A stretch of 64,000 nucleotides of DNA from Candidatus Limnocylindrales bacterium (GCA_050010635.1 JBEKKR010000004.1:70272-134271); one strand, 5' to 3'; counted from the stretch's first letter, positions 28,071-38,023 are shown. Numbers and translations are program-made. Notes: a model not told the origin generated them from the letters alone.

Positions 28071-29738
28071 CTAGTGGCCCGTCCGCAGGACGCCGGCCAT
28101 CTCCTGCAGGACCTTCCAGTCCTGGAGCCGGTCCTCCTGGGAGCGCTGCAGCTCGACCGAGGGATTGCCCTCCTTGTCGAAGTGCTGGCTGAAACGGCCC
28201 TCGGTCCTGGCGAACGAGATGAAGTCGAACGTCGTGCCGTCCGGGTTCTTCGTCCAGTCTTCCTTGACCGCGGGGTTGCCCTGCAGCGAGAGCCGCTCGG
28301 CGAGCGAGTTGCCTCGACGCGGGTCGTAGGTGAAGAGCGGGAATGCGCGCGAGTCGACCGCAAGCTTGGCCTGGCGGTTGGCCGCGTCGTCGGCGATGCC
28401 GTGCTCCGGCATGCAGGGGGTGTAGGCAACGATCACGGCCGGGCCCGGATAGGCGTTGGCTTCCATGACCGCCTTGTAGAGGTGGTTGATGGTACAGGCC
28501 GCGACCTGGGCGACGTAGACATCGCCGTGGGCCATCAGGATGCGACCCAGTTCCTTGCGCTTCTCCGACTTGCCGTGCTCGGCCTTGCCGTAGGCGGAGA
28601 GCTTGGCAACCTGCGAAGTGAACGACGCGGTCGAGGTCTGGCCGCCGGTGTTCGAGTAGACGCCGGTGTCGAGGACGAGGACCTTGACGTCCATGCCCGA
28701 CGAGACCAGGCGCGACAGCGACTGGAAGCCGATGTCGTACATGGCCCCGTCGCCGCCGAAGACCCACAGCCGCCGATCCTCGTGACCGGCCTGATCCCAG
28801 CGCAGCCGGATGCCCATGGCATCGGCCGGGCCGTTCTCGAAGAGGGAGTTGGTCCACGGAACCGTGAACGGGTTGAACGGGTACGTGCTTCCGAAGACCG
28901 TGTTGCAGCCGGTCTCGGCCACGATGCCCATGCTCTGCGGTCCGTAGGTCTGGAGCGTGGCGGCCACGACCATGCGGACGACGGTGCCTTCGCCGCAGCC
29001 GGAGCAGGAACCGGCTCCGCCGACGAAGCCGAAGGCGTTCTCGCCGAGCATCAGGTCCGCGAGGACCTTCTCGTTGCGATACTCGACAGGGGTTGGCGGG
29101 AGGGACTTGTAGAAGGCGATGTCGCGGCGGTAGCGGTCCAGCGTGCACTCGCCGCTTGCTTCGGCATCGCACTTCTCGATCATGGCCAGGGCGTCATGAC
29201 CCTGGGCCACGCAGACGTCAACGCACTCGGCGCAGCCCTTGCAGTGGTACGGGTCGATGAAGAGGCCGAAGTCCGCGCCCTCGATGCCCTTCTTGGCGGG
29301 CACGTCGGCGTACTTGGTCGTGTGGACGAAGTGCTGCCTGACCGTCTCCGCGGCGAGCTTGGGATCCTTCTGGGCCGCGGCGAACCCGTCGATCGCCATT
29401 GCCAGCGAGGTCTTCGGCTGGGCCGTGGCCATGATGGCGCTGTCCGGGCAGGCGCTGACGCAGGCCATGCAGCCCACGCACTTCTCTGCCGTCAGCTGCG
29501 GAATAAGCGGCGAAAGGGTGCTGAAATCGCGAACGCCTGCGGTCGCGGGGGCGATGAGGCTGCGAGCCACGCCCCTGTCGGCCGGCAGGTCGACGTCGGC
29601 GACGCCGCGGCGGTAGGCATCGATGACATTCCTGTTGAAGTCGTCGACGTAGTCCGCGATGTCGAGAGTCTGGGGTGCGATGAGCCCGGGGCCGGCCCCA
29701 AGCTTCTCGATGTTGGTATCTGCAATCGTGTCGGTCAT
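28071..29738 (-). CDS. pyruvate:ferredoxin oxidoreductase, C-terminal part (ferredoxin domain plus TPP-binding beta domain)
   Basis: CVGCMACVSACP and CKGCAECVDVCV, then GGDGAMYDIGFQSL..DTGVYSNTGGQ (TPP site). This is homologous to domains IV-VI of single-chain PFOR. Confidence 0.85.
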   Translation of the reverse strand: MTDTIADTNIEKLGAGPGLIAPQTLDIADYVDDFNRNVIDAYRRGVADVDLPADRGVARSLIAPATAGVRDFSTLSPLIPQLTAEKCVGCMACVSACPDSAIMATAQPKTSLAMAIDGFAAAQKDPKLAAETVRQHFVHTTKYADVPAKKGIEGADFGLFIDPYHCKGCAECVDVCVAQGHDALAMIEKCDAEASGECTLDRYRRDIAFYKSLPPTPVEYRNEKVLADLMLGENAFGFVGGAGSCSGCGEGTVVRMVVAATLQTYGPQSMGIVAETGCNTVFGSTYPFNPFTVPWTNSLFENGPADAMGIRLRWDQAGHEDRRLWVFGGDGAMYDIGFQSLSRLVSSGMDVKVLVLDTGVYSNTGGQTSTASFTSQVAKLSAYGKAEHGKSEKRKELGRILMAHGDVYVAQVAACTINHLYKAVMEANAYPGPAVIVAYTPCMPEHGIADDAANRQAKLAVDSRAFPLFTYDPRRGNSLAERLSLQGNPAVKEDWTKNPDGTTFDFISFARTEGRFSQHFDKEGNPSVELQRSQEDRLQDWKVLQEMAGVLRTGH

Positions 29739-29757
29739 CGCTCGCTCAGTCTTCGGT

Positions 29758-30153
29758 CTACCTCAACCACAACCGTACGAGGTCGCTGGTCGAGATGATG
29801 CCGATCGGGGTGGCCGCATCGTCGGTGACGACGAGGCGGTGGACTCGGCGCTCTTCCATCAACCTGGCCGCCTCTTCGAGGCGGGCCGTGGCGGAGATGG
29901 TGAGAGCCGGCTTGGTCATCACCTGGCCGACCGCGAGGCCGGGCCAGCTGGTGGCCATGTTCTGGCTTGCTCGAACCCGAACGAGGTCGGTCTGACTCAG
30001 GACGCCCACGAGGAGCCCGTCCGTGTCGACAACGGGAAGACCGGTGATCTTCTTGCTGTCGAGGATCCCGGCGGCCTCCGCGAGGGAGGCCGACTCGACG
30101 ATCGAGATCGGGTTGGGGGTCATGATCTCGCCGACCGTTCGAGATTGGTTCAT
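29758..30153 (-). CDS. CBS-domain pair protein
   Basis: Two CBS motifs (IMTPNPISIV..ITGLPVVDTDGLLVGVLSQTDL and VMTKPALTIS..HRLVVTDD..IGIISTSDL). Stop overlaps the start of the upstream PFOR gene. Confidence 0.75.
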   Translation of the reverse strand: MNQSRTVGEIMTPNPISIVESASLAEAAGILDSKKITGLPVVDTDGLLVGVLSQTDLVRVRASQNMATSWPGLAVGQVMTKPALTISATARLEEAARLMEERRVHRLVVTDDAATPIGIISTSDLVRLWLR

Positions 30154-32486
30154 CGACCGACCTCGGCACGAGCCGGGACGGCGACCTTGCCGGCGATGGC
30201 CTCGGTGACGTCGATGACGCCGTCGTAGGCGCCCTGGATGACGGCGAGGTTGGCGTCGACAACGGCCGAGCCGCGCTTCCCGAAGAATCGGGTCAGGTTG
30301 ACGCGGACGGCTTCCATCAGGGCGGGGCGGTCGAGACCGGCCCGCTCTGCGAACGGCGAGACCTTGAGGAAGACGCCGACGAGGGCCACGCCCTGCATCC
30401 GGATCTCGAGATCCTCCCGGGGCGCGTACTGCTTGGCGAGCGCTGCGGCGTCCAGCGCGAGGAGCCTGATCTTGCGGGCCAGGATCTCCGCGCGCGTGGC
30501 GGGCGGAAGGGCGGCCCAGATCTCGTCCGGATCGGTCAGCGGCGTCGGCACGAAGACCGTGCCGCCGTCGACCAGGCCGGCGAGAGGATCGCCCTGCTTG
30601 AACGAGTTGGTGTCGAAGAGCGGCACGAAGTCGACTTCGGTCAGCTCGTTATGGAGCCGGATCGGCTCCTCGGCGATGGTGAGGAAGTAGGTCGTCGGCA
30701 GGCCCTTCTTCTCCGAGCCGTAGCGCGGATAGGCCTGGACGTACAGGTTGAACAACTCGCCGACGGTCGTGGCCACGAGCTTGTTCGTGGTGACGCTGCC
30801 GAAGCCGCCGACCGAGTGGCCGCGCAGGCTGTATGCGCCCTTGGGCCGGATGCTGAGGCTGCTCTTGTCCAGCGCCAGCGGATGGCGAATGCCGAGGAAG
30901 GCGCGGCGTGTCTTCTTGACGCGGACGTCGTCCGCCATGAGGTCGAAGACGGCCCCGAGGTCGCCCGGCTGGATGTCGCGCGAGCCGAGACCGGCCGAGA
31001 CGGAGATGACGCGCGGCATCGGCGCGCCGTCCATGGCCGCGTCGGCCAGGGCCGACTTGAGCTCACGCGTCAGCGGGTTGTCCGCTGCAGCGGGTTCGTC
31101 CGTCCGCTCGACGACAGCCACGACCTTTGCCTTGGCAAGCGCCTTGGCGAGACGAGTGGCCGGGAACGGCCGGAAGCTCGTGACGGTCACGCAACCGACC
31201 TTGCGGCCCTGGTTGCGCAATTCGTCTACGACCGCCAGGGCCGTATCCGCCATGGTCCCCATCGAGACCATGATGTAGTCCGCGCCTTCCGTGCGGTACT
31301 CGCTGATCAGACCGTAGTGGCGGCCGGTAAAGGCCTCCCACTCGGCCATGGCCCGTTCCGTGATGTCCGTGAGCTGGTCGTACCAGGCACGCTGCCCGAT
31401 CCGACCTTTCATGTAGGAGTCCTGATTCTGAACGACGCCGATCATCAGCGCGTCCTTGGGGTCGAACATGTCACGGACGGTGACGCGCGGGTCCCCAACG
31501 AACCGCTTGAGGAGTTCATCCTCGGGAAGATTGACGTTCTCGATTGTGTGCGTGGTCAGGAACCCGTCCTGAGCGACGAACCACGGGGTCTCGGCGTCCT
31601 CGGCCACTCGTCGGGCAATCGCGGTGAGATCTGCCGCTTCCTGGCAGTTCCGGGCGAAGAAGATGCCCCAACCTGCATCGGCGACGCCCATGACGTCGTC
31701 GTGGCCGGCGTGGATGTTGAGGCTCTGGCTGGTCAGGGCGCGGGCCCCGATGTGGAATACAGCGGGAAGACGCTTGCCGGAGATGACGTACAGGACTTCC
31801 TTCATGAGGATGAGTCCTTGTCCGGCGGTGAAGTTCGTGACCCGTCCGCCCGCCAGGGCGAAGCCTTCGGCGGCTGAGGCGGAGGAATGCTCCGACTCCG
31901 GCTCGATGAACTTCAGGTGCGTTCCCCATAGGTTCGGGGTGCCGTTGGCGACGGCAACCTGGTAGACCGCCGCCATGGTCGTGGACGGAGTGATCGGGTA
32001 GGCGCAGGCGCCGTCGCTGATCCGCGTCTCGACGTAGGCGATGGCCTCCGAGCCGTCGATGATGGCAGGAATGCCTGGAAATTCGGGAGTCGGCGAATTC
32101 GTCACGATGGTCGGTTCACTCAATGCACGCAGCTGGCGGGCCAGCGCGCTTCCGTCCAGGTGCTTGAGCAGGGTGCCGCCTATCCCGCTGGCGACCGCCT
32201 CGCGCTGCTCGTCTGCATGCCAGTAGGAAGCCAGCACGGCGATCCGACCCGCGGGGATCAGATCGCGCAGGGCGGCAACCATTGGCCTCCACCCCCCGGC
32301 CACATCCGCATCGAGCAGCACCACGTCCGGCCGGGCACCGGCGGCCTCGCGAGCCGCGGATTCACACGACGCCTGAGCGACGATGAAGCCATGGCGCGAG
32401 AGGTGATCGCAGAGAGCCTCGGTTGCGGCGCGGTGCTGGCTGACGATGAGAACTCGGCGGAGGGGTATCTGGGAGTCAGCGAGCAT
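30150..32486 (-). CDS. fusion of a degenerate response-regulator receiver (REC) domain with the pyruvate:ferredoxin oxidoreductase N-terminal (alpha and gamma-like) domains
   Basis: Residues 1-120 form a REC-like domain (RVLIVSQH.., DVVLLDADVAGG, VLAS, LLKHL) lacking the acidic DD pair. Then YPITPSTTMAAVYQ...GQGLILMKEVLY, which is PFOR domain I-III. Confidence 0.85.
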   Translation of the reverse strand: MLADSQIPLRRVLIVSQHRAATEALCDHLSRHGFIVAQASCESAAREAAGARPDVVLLDADVAGGWRPMVAALRDLIPAGRIAVLASYWHADEQREAVASGIGGTLLKHLDGSALARQLRALSEPTIVTNSPTPEFPGIPAIIDGSEAIAYVETRISDGACAYPITPSTTMAAVYQVAVANGTPNLWGTHLKFIEPESEHSSASAAEGFALAGGRVTNFTAGQGLILMKEVLYVISGKRLPAVFHIGARALTSQSLNIHAGHDDVMGVADAGWGIFFARNCQEAADLTAIARRVAEDAETPWFVAQDGFLTTHTIENVNLPEDELLKRFVGDPRVTVRDMFDPKDALMIGVVQNQDSYMKGRIGQRAWYDQLTDITERAMAEWEAFTGRHYGLISEYRTEGADYIMVSMGTMADTALAVVDELRNQGRKVGCVTVTSFRPFPATRLAKALAKAKVVAVVERTDEPAAADNPLTRELKSALADAAMDGAPMPRVISVSAGLGSRDIQPGDLGAVFDLMADDVRVKKTRRAFLGIRHPLALDKSSLSIRPKGAYSLRGHSVGGFGSVTTNKLVATTVGELFNLYVQAYPRYGSEKKGLPTTYFLTIAEEPIRLHNELTEVDFVPLFDTNSFKQGDPLAGLVDGGTVFVPTPLTDPDEIWAALPPATRAEILARKIRLLALDAAALAKQYAPREDLEIRMQGVALVGVFLKVSPFAERAGLDRPALMEAVRVNLTRFFGKRGSAVVDANLAVIQGAYDGVIDVTEAIAGKVAVPARAEVGR

Positions 32487-32767
32487 GCGTATAGGGTGCG
32501 CGCCGAAACCTCTCGCTACGAGCGACAGGGCTCCCTAACACCGGGGGCCATATGGCCCGCGGAGGCACGGGACGGGATAGGTGGCACCTGCCCACAAGAG
32601 TGGGCTCATGGCGGCTTGGAGGGTGGGTCGCGCGGGCGGATTGACCTGTGCGCCGGAGGGCATGCGGCCCCCTCGGCGTCCTCATCCGGGCGGGGGAACA
32701 CTTGCCCGCGGCTGAGGGCCATTCGGCACTGCCGCGGCAGCTGCACCGGCCCGAGACTTCCGCTTGT

Positions 32768-32808
32768 GACGAACGCCGGAGGGGACGCCCGGCGTTCGTC
32801 CTTTTTAC
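32768..32808 (+). terminator. canonical intrinsic terminator (12-bp stem, 9-nt loop, CTTTTTA tail) oriented for plus-strand transcription
   Basis: GACGAACGCCGG-aggggacgc-CCGGCGTTCGTC followed by CTTTTTAC. No plus-strand gene precedes it, so this is an orphan. Confidence 0.6.
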
Positions 32809-32887
32809 GCCCCTAACAAACGCAACGGGCGACTGGCCGCCCAGCCCAAGCGTGCCGGCTCCCTGCTCCACCGCCGTAGGGCGGCCC

Positions 32888-34159
32888 CTACAGTTCGTGG
32901 TACTTGCGGGCGTAGGAAGCCAGCTCGTCGCGGAAGTCCGGGTGGGCAATTGCGATGAGACGCTTGGCTCGCTCGCGGAGCCCCTGGCCGAACAGCTCGG
33001 CCACCCCGTACTCGGTCACGACCGTGCGCACGCTCGAACGAGTCGTGGTGACCCCCGCGCCGTCATACAGCTCCCACGTGATACGCGAGACCTTCCCGTC
33101 GGCCGTGGTGGATGGCAGGGCGATGATCGCCCGCCCCTCCGGCGCCAGGGACGCGCCGCGCACGAAGTCCATCTGCCCGCCGACGCCGCTGTACATGCGG
33201 TGGCCGAGGGAGTCGGCGCAGACCTGGCCGGTCAGGTCAACCTCGATCGCGGAATTCACCGCGGTCATGCGCCGCTGCCTGCGAATCGTGGCAGTGTCGT
33301 TGGTGTAGTCCACGCCGCGCAGCTCGAGCATCGGGTTGCCGTCGACCCACCTGTAGAGGCGCGGCGTCCCCATCATGAACGCGGCCACGACCTTGTGCGG
33401 GTCGACGGTCTTGGCGCTGCAGTCCACGACCCCCTTCTCAACCAGTTCGACGAGGGGGTCCGTGAACATCTCGGTGTGGACCCCGAGATGCTTCTTGCCC
33501 TCGAGGCACATGCCGACGGCCGTCGGGATGGCCCCGATGCCCATCTGGAGCGTGGCCTCGTCCGGGATCAGGTCCGCGACGTACTCGCCGATCCGGCGCT
33601 CCACCTCGCCGATCTCGCCCGGGGTGTAGACGTATGGCGCCTGGTCGACCTCGACCGCCAGGTCGATCTGGCTGACGTGGACGTAGCTGTCGCCGTGAGT
33701 GCGCGGCATTGCCTTGTTGAGCTGGGCGATGACCGTCTTCGCACAACGGATCGCGGTCTGCATCGATTCGACGGACGTTCCCAGCGAGCAGAAGCCGTGG
33801 TCGTCGGGCGGCGTCATGTTGGCGAAGACGGCATCGAGCGGCAGCAAGCCGCTCTCCATCAGCAAAGGGACGTCCGACAGCTGGACCGGGATGAACTCCG
33901 CCCGTCCGTCGTTGATGGCCGCCCGGGCGTTCGGTCCGATGAAGAGCGCCCGGTGGAAGAGGTGGCCCTGCATTTCGGGGGCAAGGTGCGGGTGCGGCCC
34001 CTCGCAGTGCAAGTGAACGACTTTGACGTCCTCCAGCTCCGGGGCCTTACGGCACAGGGCGTCGAGGAGCACGGACGGCGTGGCAGCCGCGCACTGGACG
34101 TAGATTTGGTGGCCTGACTTGATCCCCGAGACTGCCTCATCGGCGCTGACGATACGCAT
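32888..34159 (-). CDS. acetyl-CoA hydrolase/transferase family protein (4-hydroxybutyrate CoA-transferase/Cat1-like)
   Basis: 423 aa, full-length match to the family pattern (LQMGIGAIP.., DLTGQVCADS, GVGGQMDF). Confidence 0.85.
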   Translation of the reverse strand: MRIVSADEAVSGIKSGHQIYVQCAAATPSVLLDALCRKAPELEDVKVVHLHCEGPHPHLAPEMQGHLFHRALFIGPNARAAINDGRAEFIPVQLSDVPLLMESGLLPLDAVFANMTPPDDHGFCSLGTSVESMQTAIRCAKTVIAQLNKAMPRTHGDSYVHVSQIDLAVEVDQAPYVYTPGEIGEVERRIGEYVADLIPDEATLQMGIGAIPTAVGMCLEGKKHLGVHTEMFTDPLVELVEKGVVDCSAKTVDPHKVVAAFMMGTPRLYRWVDGNPMLELRGVDYTNDTATIRRQRRMTAVNSAIEVDLTGQVCADSLGHRMYSGVGGQMDFVRGASLAPEGRAIIALPSTTADGKVSRITWELYDGAGVTTTRSSVRTVVTEYGVAELFGQGLRERAKRLIAIAHPDFRDELASYARKYHEL

Positions 34160-34260
34160 GCGCCGAATCTATGCACTCCGCATGGAGGCGCGAGGGCCGA
34201 ACGGCAGCATTTCGGGCGGTGCGGGCGACAACGAAGGTGTCGACCGCCCGCGACGCAGCC

Positions 34261-35532
34261 CTAGAGGCCGTAGACCTTCCTGGCGTACGACGTCAGCTCG
34301 TCGCGGAAGTCGGGATGTGAGATTGCGATCAGACGTCTGGCCCGCTCTCGCAGGCTCTGCCCGAACAGCTCGGCGATGCCGTACTCCGTCACGATCGTGC
34401 AGGGGTGGGATCGGGTCGTGGTCACGCCCGCACCCTCCTTGAGGGCCACGGTGATCCGCGAGACCTTGCCGTCTGCCGCGGTCGAGGGCAGGGCGATGAT
34501 CGCTCGACCCTCCTCGGCGAGAGCCGCGCCGCGAACGAAGTCCAGCTGGCCACCGACGCCGCTGTACATCTTGTGCCCGATCGAATCGGCGCAGACCTGG
34601 CCGGTGAGGTCGACCTCGATGGCGGAGTTGATGGCGGTCATGCGCCGGTGCCGGCGGATCACCGAAGTGTCGTTCGTGTAGTCGACCTGGCGCATCTCGA
34701 CCATCGGGTTGTTGTCCACGAACCTGTACAGTCGCCTGGTGCCCATCATGAAGGTGACGACGATCTTGCCGCAGTCCAGATCCTTCTTCTGGCAGGTCAC
34801 CACGCCTCGCTCGACCAGATCGACGAGTACGTCCGTGAACATCTCGGTATGGATCCCGAGATCCTTCTTGTCGACGAGGTAGAGGCACACCGCGCTCGGG
34901 ATCGCGCCGATACCCATCTGCAGCGTCGCCTCGTTGGGGACGAGCTCCGCCACCGCCTCACCGATGCGACGTTCGATGTCGCTGATGACCGGGTCGGCGT
35001 GCTCGTAAGGCAGCTGATCGACCTCGACGCCGAGATCGATCATGCTGACGTGGACGAAGCTGTCGCCCAGCGTCCGGGGCATCGATCGGTTCAGCTGGGC
35101 GATGATCGTCTTGCCGCAGCGTACGGCGGCCAGACAGGTGTCGACGGACGTACCGAGCGAGCAGAAGCCATGCTCGTCGGGTGGGGTGACGTTGAGGAGC
35201 ACCGCGTCCAGTGGCAGAACGCCTTTGTCGAACAGCGACGGGATGTCCGACAGGAAGACCGGGATGAACTCCGCCCGGCCGTCGTTGATCGCCTTTCGCG
35301 CGTTGGGGCCGATGAACAATGCGCGGTGACAGAAGTGGCCGGCCATCTCGGGGGCCAGATGCGGACCGGGCCCCTCGGCGTGCATGTGGACGATCTTCAC
35401 GTCCTCGAGTTCGGGCGCTCGCGCGACCAGGGCATCGAGGAGGAAGGAGGGCGTGGCAGCCGCCCCCTGCATGAAGACCTGCTGACCAGACTTGATTCCG
35501 GATACGGCTTCTTCGGCGGTCACGATACGCAT
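34261..35532 (-). CDS. acetyl-CoA hydrolase/transferase family protein (tandem paralog of 32888-34159)
   Basis: About 75% identical to the neighbouring gene over its full length. Internal ATG (MRIVTAEEAV) chosen. Confidence 0.85.
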   Translation of the reverse strand: MRIVTAEEAVSGIKSGQQVFMQGAAATPSFLLDALVARAPELEDVKIVHMHAEGPGPHLAPEMAGHFCHRALFIGPNARKAINDGRAEFIPVFLSDIPSLFDKGVLPLDAVLLNVTPPDEHGFCSLGTSVDTCLAAVRCGKTIIAQLNRSMPRTLGDSFVHVSMIDLGVEVDQLPYEHADPVISDIERRIGEAVAELVPNEATLQMGIGAIPSAVCLYLVDKKDLGIHTEMFTDVLVDLVERGVVTCQKKDLDCGKIVVTFMMGTRRLYRFVDNNPMVEMRQVDYTNDTSVIRRHRRMTAINSAIEVDLTGQVCADSIGHKMYSGVGGQLDFVRGAALAEEGRAIIALPSTAADGKVSRITVALKEGAGVTTTRSHPCTIVTEYGIAELFGQSLRERARRLIAISHPDFRDELTSYARKVYGL

Positions 35533-35627
35533 GATTAGGAGTTTACGTACCGCCGCTGTACCGGCGAGGGTCAATTGCGAGGTATCGGAGGGCCGTCCGG
35601 CCTGCCCCGGACAAGTCGCCGAGGGGA

Positions 35628-36299
35628 CTACGCGCCGCCTTTGAGGCGGTGGCGGGCGACGAACGCGGCGGCCTGGGCGCGGCGTTCGAGGTTCAGCTTC
35701 GAAAGGATGGAGCTGACGTAGTTCTTGACCGTCTTGTCGGACAGGAAGACCTCGGAGGCGATCTCCTTGTTGGTCTTGCCCTCGGCGACGAGCAGCAGGA
35801 TCTTCTGCTCTTGCTGGGTCAGCTGGGCCAGCTCGTCCGTGTAGGTGCCGGTCGCGATGCGGCGGACTCGGTCCAGGACCTTCTCCGTGACGGCCGGGTC
35901 CAGCAGCGACTCGCCGCGGCCGACGGACTCGAGGGCGCTGACGAGGTCGCGGCCGCGAATCTGCTTCAGCAGGTAGCCGGATGCGCCGGCGATGATCGCC
36001 GAGAGGACCGCTTCCTCATCGGGGTAGCTGGTCAGGATGACAACGCGGGTGCTCGGGAACTCGGCCCGAATCTCGCGACAGGCCTCGATGCCCGAGCCGT
36101 CCGGCAGCCGAACGTCCATGACCACGAGGTCGGGCTCGAACTTGCGAGCCATCTCGACGGCTTCGGCCGCAGTGCCCGCTTCGGCTACGACCTGGAAGTG
36201 TTCGCGTCGCTCCAGCAGCGAGACGAGGCCCTGACGAACGACCTCGTGGTCGTCGACCACGAGCAGCCTCAGGGGGCGTGCATCGATCTGGTCGGTCAT
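35628..36299 (-). CDS. NarL/LuxR-family response regulator (DosR/DevR-like)
   Basis: REC domain (LLVVDDHEVVRQG, DLVVMDVRLPDGSG, K) plus C-terminal LuxR HTH (LTQQEQKILLLVAEGKTNKEIA). ATGA-coupled to the kinase. Confidence 0.85.
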   Translation of the reverse strand: MTDQIDARPLRLLVVDDHEVVRQGLVSLLERREHFQVVAEAGTAAEAVEMARKFEPDLVVMDVRLPDGSGIEACREIRAEFPSTRVVILTSYPDEEAVLSAIIAGASGYLLKQIRGRDLVSALESVGRGESLLDPAVTEKVLDRVRRIATGTYTDELAQLTQQEQKILLLVAEGKTNKEIASEVFLSDKTVKNYVSSILSKLNLERRAQAAAFVARHRLKGGA

Positions 36300-37858
36300 T
36301 CCTCTCCTTGATCCGTAACCCCGCCCAGTATGTCGCGGCGGGGCGCCTCGACGATGATACGCGTGCCGGCGCCGGGACCGCTCTGGACGTCAAGCCAGCC
36401 GCCGACAGACGAGGCGCGGGCGCGCATGTTGACCAGGCCCTGGTGGCCCACGCCCCGGGGCCTGGCCGGGTCGAAGCCGACGCCGTTGTCGCCGATTATC
36501 AGCCTGACGACCTCGTCGCCCGTCTCGACGCGAACGCTGCCGCGAGTGGCCCTTGAGTGGCGGGCGATGTTGCTGAGAGCCTCGCGGGCAATCGAGAGCA
36601 GCTGTCCGATGAGCTCGGGCGGAAGGTCCGCATCGCGCGCCTCGTCCGTATCGAGGTCGATGTCCACCATGCTGTTGACGCGGAACTCGTCGGCCAGGGC
36701 GGCCAGGCCGCCGATCAGGCCCGCCTGCTCGAGCAACTCGGGCCGGAGACCGAAGATGAAGTTGCGGATGTCTCGGATCGATTGATCGAGCGAATCCACA
36801 GCGCGCTCGACGCGCGCTCGCGCCTCGTCCGGCTCGTCGGCCATCAGGTCCGGCACGTCTTCCAGCGACAGGCCCACCGCGTAGATGCTCTGGATGATGC
36901 CGTCGTGGAGGTCGCGACCGATCCGCTCGCGTTCCTCGACGATGGCGAGGCGCTGGACCTGCTCGTGCAGGCGGGCGTTCTCGATGGCGATGCCGGCGTG
37001 GAGGGCGAACATCTCGACCAGGCGCTCGTCGTCCTCGGTGAAGTCGCCGAAGGGCTGCTTGTTGGTCAGATACAACCGGCCGATCGACCGGCCCTTCGCC
37101 CCGATCGGCACACCGAGCAGCGAACGCATCTCCGGGTGGTTCGGTGGGAAGCCGTAGCGGCGCGGGTCGGTGGCGATGTCGTGGACCCGGACGGGATGCG
37201 TCTGGCGCGCGATGACACCGAGCAGCCCGTGGCCGTGCGGCGGCGGGCCGATCCGCTCGCGCTCCGCACGGGTTATGCCGCTCGTGATGAACCGTTCGAT
37301 GCCGCCCTCCTGGTCCACGATCCCGAGGGCGGCGTACTCGGCATGGGCAAGCTCGCGGACGCGGTCCGTGATCAGCTGCAGGACGCGGTCGAGATCGAGG
37401 ACGCCGGCGATTCCGCGCGTGGCGGTGTCCAGGGCGGCCAGCTCGTCCGAGGCCTGGCCGGCGCGGGCCCTCGACCAGGCCGAGCCGATGACGATCTCCA
37501 GGCCGCGGGCGCATTCGTCCACGGAGAAGACCGCCGCGGGCGGCGCGTCCAGCTGGAGCGTGGCCAGGACGCGATCGCCGAAGGAAAGCTGGTAGGTTCG
37601 CAGGCCCGCCGTCTCCGCATCCTGGTCGAGCAGGCTCCCGGCGCGCAGCTCCACCTCGGTCAGAGGCGGGGCGTCCAGGTGCAGGTGCCCGCCGCCCAGG
37701 CCCGAGCTGTCGATCACGCGGCTGAAGGCCGACGAGAGCTGCACATGACCTTCGGGAGCGGGATGGTTCTGCCAGCTCTCGAGAGCGACCGATAACTCGC
37801 GCAGGCCGAGCAGGCCGGTCGAATCCCGGCTCGAAGGCGTCACCTGCGAGGAGCTCAT
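36296..37858 (-). CDS. tandem-GAF sensor histidine kinase (HisKA_3/HATPase_c; DosS/DevS-like)
   Basis: Two GAF domains, an H-box ERERIGRDLHDGIIQS, and ATPase motifs (DNGVGF, GHQGLVNMRARA..GG). Confidence 0.85.
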   Translation of the reverse strand: MSSSQVTPSSRDSTGLLGLRELSVALESWQNHPAPEGHVQLSSAFSRVIDSSGLGGGHLHLDAPPLTEVELRAGSLLDQDAETAGLRTYQLSFGDRVLATLQLDAPPAAVFSVDECARGLEIVIGSAWSRARAGQASDELAALDTATRGIAGVLDLDRVLQLITDRVRELAHAEYAALGIVDQEGGIERFITSGITRAERERIGPPPHGHGLLGVIARQTHPVRVHDIATDPRRYGFPPNHPEMRSLLGVPIGAKGRSIGRLYLTNKQPFGDFTEDDERLVEMFALHAGIAIENARLHEQVQRLAIVEERERIGRDLHDGIIQSIYAVGLSLEDVPDLMADEPDEARARVERAVDSLDQSIRDIRNFIFGLRPELLEQAGLIGGLAALADEFRVNSMVDIDLDTDEARDADLPPELIGQLLSIAREALSNIARHSRATRGSVRVETGDEVVRLIIGDNGVGFDPARPRGVGHQGLVNMRARASSVGGWLDVQSGPGAGTRIIVEAPRRDILGGVTDQGEE

Positions 37859-37980
37859 GACCGGAGACTAGCAGGACGTTCGGCGGCGCGTCACTGCCCC
37901 GGCCGGGTGTTGCGCCGAGGTTGAGCCGTTTGCGAGGATGGATACGGTCGATCGGGGCTCTCGGGCGCCGGATGGCACCG

Positions 37981-38023
37981 GGGACCTTGGACCCACCGGA
38001 ACGGGCCGGAGGTCCCTTGGCCC
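37981..38023. promoter_or_regulatory. two DevR/DosR-box-like elements (GGGACCTTGGACCC and GGTCCCTTGGCCC) in the divergent dosS/usp intergenic region
   Basis: Seen in sequence, 80-120 bp upstream of the USP start. Similarity to the mycobacterial Dev box half-site GGGAC(T/C) is partial. Confidence 0.3.

Larger units (their letters stand above)
32888..35532 (-). repeat. tandem gene duplication (about 1.37 kb unit) of the acetyl-CoA hydrolase/transferase gene
   Basis: Two adjacent, same-strand paralogs with collinear, about 75% identical proteins. Confidence 0.8.
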
